DNA of 64,000 nt from Macrostomum lignano (Eukaryota), in contig NIVC01002791.1 in the NCBI GenBank assembly GCA_002269645.1, forward strand, positions 1-64,000. The letters are read 5' to 3'. Position numbers and translations under genes: made by a program. Below, piece by piece: positions 59,715 to 64,000 of the stretch; the first letter of the stretch is position 1, and every line of letters begins with the position of its first letter. The notes beneath the pieces were generated by a model. That model did not search any database, had not been told where the DNA came from, and saw only the letters and a list, made by a program, of their open reading frames with translations.

Positions 59715-61665
59715 CAGTGGCGCGTCCAAGGGGAGGCCAGGGGGGGGGGGCTGGGCCCCCTGTTTGGCTACGGCCCCCCTGTGGCTCCCCACTTTCAGTT
59801 TTTTACTTTGGATTTTCCAAAAAATATTTTGAAAAACCTTTTTTTATAATTTTAATTTTAGAAACAATGGTTTTTATACAAGCACAAGCTGTTGAAACCC
59901 GCGGATTTTGAACCCGCGGAATTCCAATCCCCGGAATTATTTTTGCACGTATTCTAAAATCTGAAGTCATAATCAAACAAAAACTTGTTAATAATTAGGA
60001 TGGAGGTGAACATAAAATGGAGTAAATTCGTGTAAAATTAAGATTTGAGGAAAGCATTGATCTCGTTGGATGGGGTGCTGCGTAGAATGTCAGGAAATGT
60101 CTTTCGAAAACATGTATTGGCAAACTCTGGCCTCTGCCTCTGCCTCTCTCTACGTCCCTCGCATCCTTTGAAACTTCTATCTTCTCTTCTGTTTCCTCTC
60201 TTCTCTCTCTCTCTCTCTCTCTCTCTCATGCTCTCATGTCTTCTCTTCTTTCCTATCTCCTCTCCCCCCTCTTCTCTCGTCTTTGCTCTCTCATCTCTCC
60301 TTTTTCTTCTTTTATCTCTGATCTCTGATCTCTTCTCCTTTCTTTCTGCTCTCTACTCTCCCCTCTCTCAAAACTTCCCTCTTCTCTCTCTCCTCTCTTC
60401 TTTCTACTTCTCTGCTCTCATTTCTCATCTCTCCTATCATCTCTATTCTCTCTCCTCTCTCGTCTCGATCCTCTCTCCTATCTATTTCTTGTCTCATCTC
60501 CTCTCTCTCTAATCTCTAATCTGTACTCTCCTTTTTAACGTCTCTCCACTCCTTCTCTCAAATCTCTCAACTCTTCTCTCTATTTTCTCTCCTCTACTCT
60601 CTCTTCCCTCTCTTATCTCTCACCTCTTATCTCTCATCTCTCTGCTCTCCCATCTCTCTTCTCCTTTCTACTCTCTCCCTTCTCCATTCTTCTCTTTCCT
60701 TTCCCCTCTCTTCTCTCCCTTCCCCTCTCTCACTGTCCTCTTGATTCTCCCGCCTCTTATCTCCTCTCTCCTCACCACTTTTCTCTCCCATTGTCTCTCC
60801 TCTCTGCTCTCACATATTTCTCTTCCATCTCCTCCTCCTCTTGTCTCTGTAATCTCTTCTCTCTTCTCTCTCCTCTGTTCTAGCTCTACTCTTACATCTC
60901 TCGGCTCTGCTCTCTCATCTCTCCTTTCTCCTCTTTCATCTCTCCCATCTCATCTCTCCTCTCTTCTCTTTGCTCGCTCAACTCCACCCTATAATCTCTT
61001 CTTTATCCCTTATCTCTATACTTTCTCATCTCTACTCTCTTCTATCTCCTCTCTACTTTCTCCTATCTACTCTCTCCTCTCTCATCTCTCCTCTCTTCTA
61101 TCTCTTCTCTAGTTTCTCCTATCTACTCTCTCCTCCCTCATCTCTCCTCTCTTCTATCTCCTCTCTACTTTCTTCTATCTACTCTCTTCTCTCTCATCTC
61201 ATCTCTCTCATCTCTCCCTCTTCTCACCTCTACTCTCTCCTCCCGTTTCTCTCTCCGTACTCTCTTCCCTACTTCTCTCCCCTCTCCTCTCACTTCTCCT
61301 CTCCTCTCACAGTAAAAATATGTATGAATCAACGGAGCTTTTTTGACGAGGATCTGCCAGAAAAAGTAAATATGAAGCTAAATGAATTCGTGTTTAGCTT
61401 TCTATATCAGGTTAAGTTATATAGATTCAAAAGCCTTCCAATTGCAAATCCTAAAAGTAATTTTCTTGGGAAAAAACATTTAGAATGTTAGTTAAATCAA
61501 CTTAGCTATTCCATTCATTCTTTGCGAGGTATTTTTCGATTTCATTTTTACTTTTCGGTAAAAAATTAGCTTTTAAAATAATTAAAAAAACTCAATTCGA
61601 GATGTTGGTGTTGCCCCTTCAGTTTTTACTGAAGTTTTTTAACTTGGCCCCCCATCCTGAAACTT
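59715..61665. mobile_element. Larger, inverted copy of the hAT MITE at 29866-30479; one TIR lost
   Basis: Starts CAGTGGCGCGTCCAAGGGG and shares the CACTTTCAGTTTTTTAC and GCTGTTGAAACCCGCGGATTTTGAAC blocks. It has a 1.2-kb CT-rich interior (60130-61310) and GGCCCCCCATCCTGAAAC at ~61646, after which the terminal 14 bp are missing. Confidence 0.8.
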
Positions 61666-61964
61666 CTTTTAATAATAAAATTATATTTGTAAAAACAATT
61701 AAGCTTATTCACGTATATTTTAGAATCTCTTATTGATATATTTATTAGAATTATCAGTAGATAGATAGAATTAACACTAGATAAAAACGTTCACATCTCA
61801 GAGCAAGTAGGCACAGTTCAGTACATTTTAATTACACGCATAATCATCAAAATAATCATCTAACTAGCAACTTTGTAACAGCTAAAATTTTAAACAAATT
61901 ATTCAACATATAAGTAAAAAGGCATTGAAGAACATCAAAGTACGAGTATACGGTAATATAATAT

Positions 61965-62085
61965 CAGTGCTGGGCAAGTTAACCAATTTTTTAACTCGTT
62001 AAAAGTTAAAAAGTTAATTTAATTGCTCCAAAAAATTAACTGTAACTAATTAAATATTTAATTAACTTTTAAAATTTATAGTTTT
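61965..62085. mobile_element. Single end of a CAGTG(C/T)TGGGCAAG hAT MITE
   Basis: Terminus related to the 33717 element, followed by TTAAC/GTTAA repeats; truncated. Confidence 0.55.
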
Positions 62086-62095
62086 TTAAATTTCA

Positions 62096-62285
62096 GGTCG
62101 GCGTGGCGCGGCTGTAGCCAGGTCGCGGCGCGGCGCGGCGCGCGGCGGCGCGGCGCGCGGCGGCGCAACGCAGCGCAGGAGGTCGTGCGGCGGCGTGGGA
62201 AGTCGCGCGGCGGCGCGACATGGCGCAGTATGGTGCAACGCGACAAGGAAATATCTATGCAGCGCGACGCGGAGCAGCGCAGCAG
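62096..62285. repeat. (CGCGG)n-rich GC microsatellite
   Basis: Directly visible GGCGC/CGCGG runs. Confidence 0.9.
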
Positions 62286-62482
62286 GAAAGGCAGAATCAT
62301 TACATGTGTACACGCTAACTTCTAGTAGTCCTTGGGTAGAATATCAATAGATAATAGTTGAAGATTCCAGAATCTTCGGGAATATTCTATACATTGTAAC
62401 TTGTAACTTGTAACATATAAATGTAATAGTTTGAGACGCGTTGTATAATGCTTAGAGAGGCGAAGTTATTTTATGTATGTGA

Positions 62483-64000
62483 TGTAACCGCCCTTGTCGC
62501 CGGTCCGCTCCTATTGAGAGACGAACGCATGACCAGAGGGGGCAATGACCGTAGGCTGCCTATGACCGGGCAATGACCTGACGGACCTCCAGCACCAGAC
62601 TGTCCCGCCCACATGATTGATAGCTTTGGTAGCGCTTTGTGACCAGAGGGCCAAGGACCCACATGGACCCCACCTGTAGCCAAGGTGCAATAGTTGGTCA
62701 CTCGGTCATAGTATGACCGAGTGGCTGCCACCACTCTATGTGACCTGGCGCACCTGGATCTTTCTACCAGACCTCTCGAGGCTAGAGCCCCGCCTGGGAT
62801 GGTTACCAGGAGATTTAGGCTAACAGGGGAGACGCATGCAGCCGAGTACAGGGACTCTGCTTGGGGCATGATCGGGAACTCTGGGCTCAATCTGGAGGAT
62901 TTCTCAGCAGGGGATCCTTTGTGGCTGTGAGCGAGGCTGACTTGCGACTTTGATTACTAAGAGTAGTATGAGGCGAACATGTACTGTCTCCAGTTTAGAT
63001 TGCTCAGGGCGAAGGGACGCGTTAGCATGGGGTTGCAACCTTCCTACTGCCATTCTGTGCCAAGACTCGCTAACCCCTCTACTACACGAACACGCGGCCC
63101 CGCAGCACGCACTCACAGGCGGGCTTTGCACGGGGAGAGGCCATTAGCTTACCCAAACTCCCTTATGCTTTGCCACCCCCGGAGAAAGGCTTAGCGAGCC
63201 ATGGGTGAAATGATGGTGAAAGAGTGAATAATAATGAGGTTAGTTAATAGTTAATAATTAGGCCCTTAGGCAAATAATCAGGCAATTAGGCGGCTTCACT
63301 ATTAAGTAAAAATACAGCAAAAGGTACGGTATTACAACTGGCTCAGCTCTCTAATCAGACAATGGAAAAATAGGTAAACTCCGGATAAGCAAAGGCAATT
63401 AGAGCACAAATCAGTAATAGGAACTTACCGGCAGCTGCACAGAGAGAGAGAGAGGTGGAGTGACCGAGGGCGGCTGTAGGCTGCAGTCAGGCAGACAGTG
63501 AAGCGGCGATACGCTGAGGCGACGAGGCGCTAGTGTAGATCAGGCGAAGCTGATGATGCTGGGCGGTATCAGACCGCTGGCCAATAGGCGAGCTCACTTG
63601 GGGAGCTGAAGATAACTTGGCGGTAACAGACCGCGGACCGGCAGGGATTCGTCTTATAGACGAATGAGTCAGAACTCAGTCTGACGGCAAGTCTAAAGAA
63701 AGACTAGGAGCCCGAAGGTGGGCAAAAGTTGAGTCTTCTCACGCCGAAAACCGCCTCCTTTTATAGCCTTCCCAGCCGCCGCTCCAAGGTCGTTTCCATG
63801 ACTCCCTCTCTCTGATTGGCTGCCGGCCGAATGACGCCAGAATGAGTCATGATGAGAAGCATGAGACCGGCATAGCAACATGAGAAAAAGGGAAATTGCG
63901 CAATCCGGAGGTGGGGTGGGGGGATAATTGGCGCAGCGGGTGGTCGCGAAAGTGTTGCGCAAGCAAACGTTGAGAACAATGGGGCTGGGGTTGAGAACAA
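62483..64000 (-). mobile_element. Possible long LTR or promoter-bearing repeat running off the window
   Basis: The minus strand ends ...GGTTACA at 62483. CCAAT (~63815) and GGCTATAAAAGG (~63760) boxes occur on the minus strand, with a splice donor GCCG|GTAAG at ~63428. No recognisable ORF. Confidence 0.3.

Noticed and set aside
60045-61491. Ser/Leu-rich and Glu/Arg-rich ORFs, also at 29886-30357 and 41703-42234
   Set aside because: They come from CT/GA low-complexity tracts that lack stop codons.
1-64000. Spliced-leader RNA, rRNA or snRNA genes
   Set aside because: No recognisable leader + donor + Sm-site arrangement or rRNA/snRNA motif was seen by eye; an Infernal/Rfam scan would be decisive.

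Overview
This window is eukaryotic (animal) genomic DNA: spliceosomal introns, GC-rich low-complexity exons, about 20 minisatellite arrays and many transposon remnants. The style suggests a macrostomid flatworm such as Macrostomum, but that is inference from composition only. Host-type genes, all on the minus strand: a multi-exon type II membrane TNF-ligand-like gene (6.0-8.5 kb), an intronless coiled-coil ORF (12.1-12.8 kb), a shrunken M13/neprilysin-like gene lacking its catalytic motifs (17.4-21.1 kb) and a 2-exon TIP41/TIPRL gene (31.3-32.4 kb). Mobile DNA includes an apparently intact 10-exon CxC + KDZ (Kyakuja-Dileera-Zisupton) transposase gene (49.6-53.6 kb) and a fold-back piggyBac derivative with a 393-bp internal inverted repeat (57.0-59.2 kb). 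There are also several MITEs with verifiable TSDs (hAT, Mutator-like, Tc1/mariner, EnSpm-like), SINEs and an RNase H-bearing LINE remnant. A further spliced gene of unknown function lies on the plus strand at 39.7-41.5 kb. The window alternates between CpG-rich blocks and AT-rich, CpG-poor blocks. In the AT-rich blocks, recognisable transposons (a mariner, a hAT MITE) are heavily C>T/G>A mutated, including at non-CpG sites, suggesting a methylation-driven or RIP-like process. All exon models were built by eye from GT-AG sites and reading-frame phase; no database search was run.
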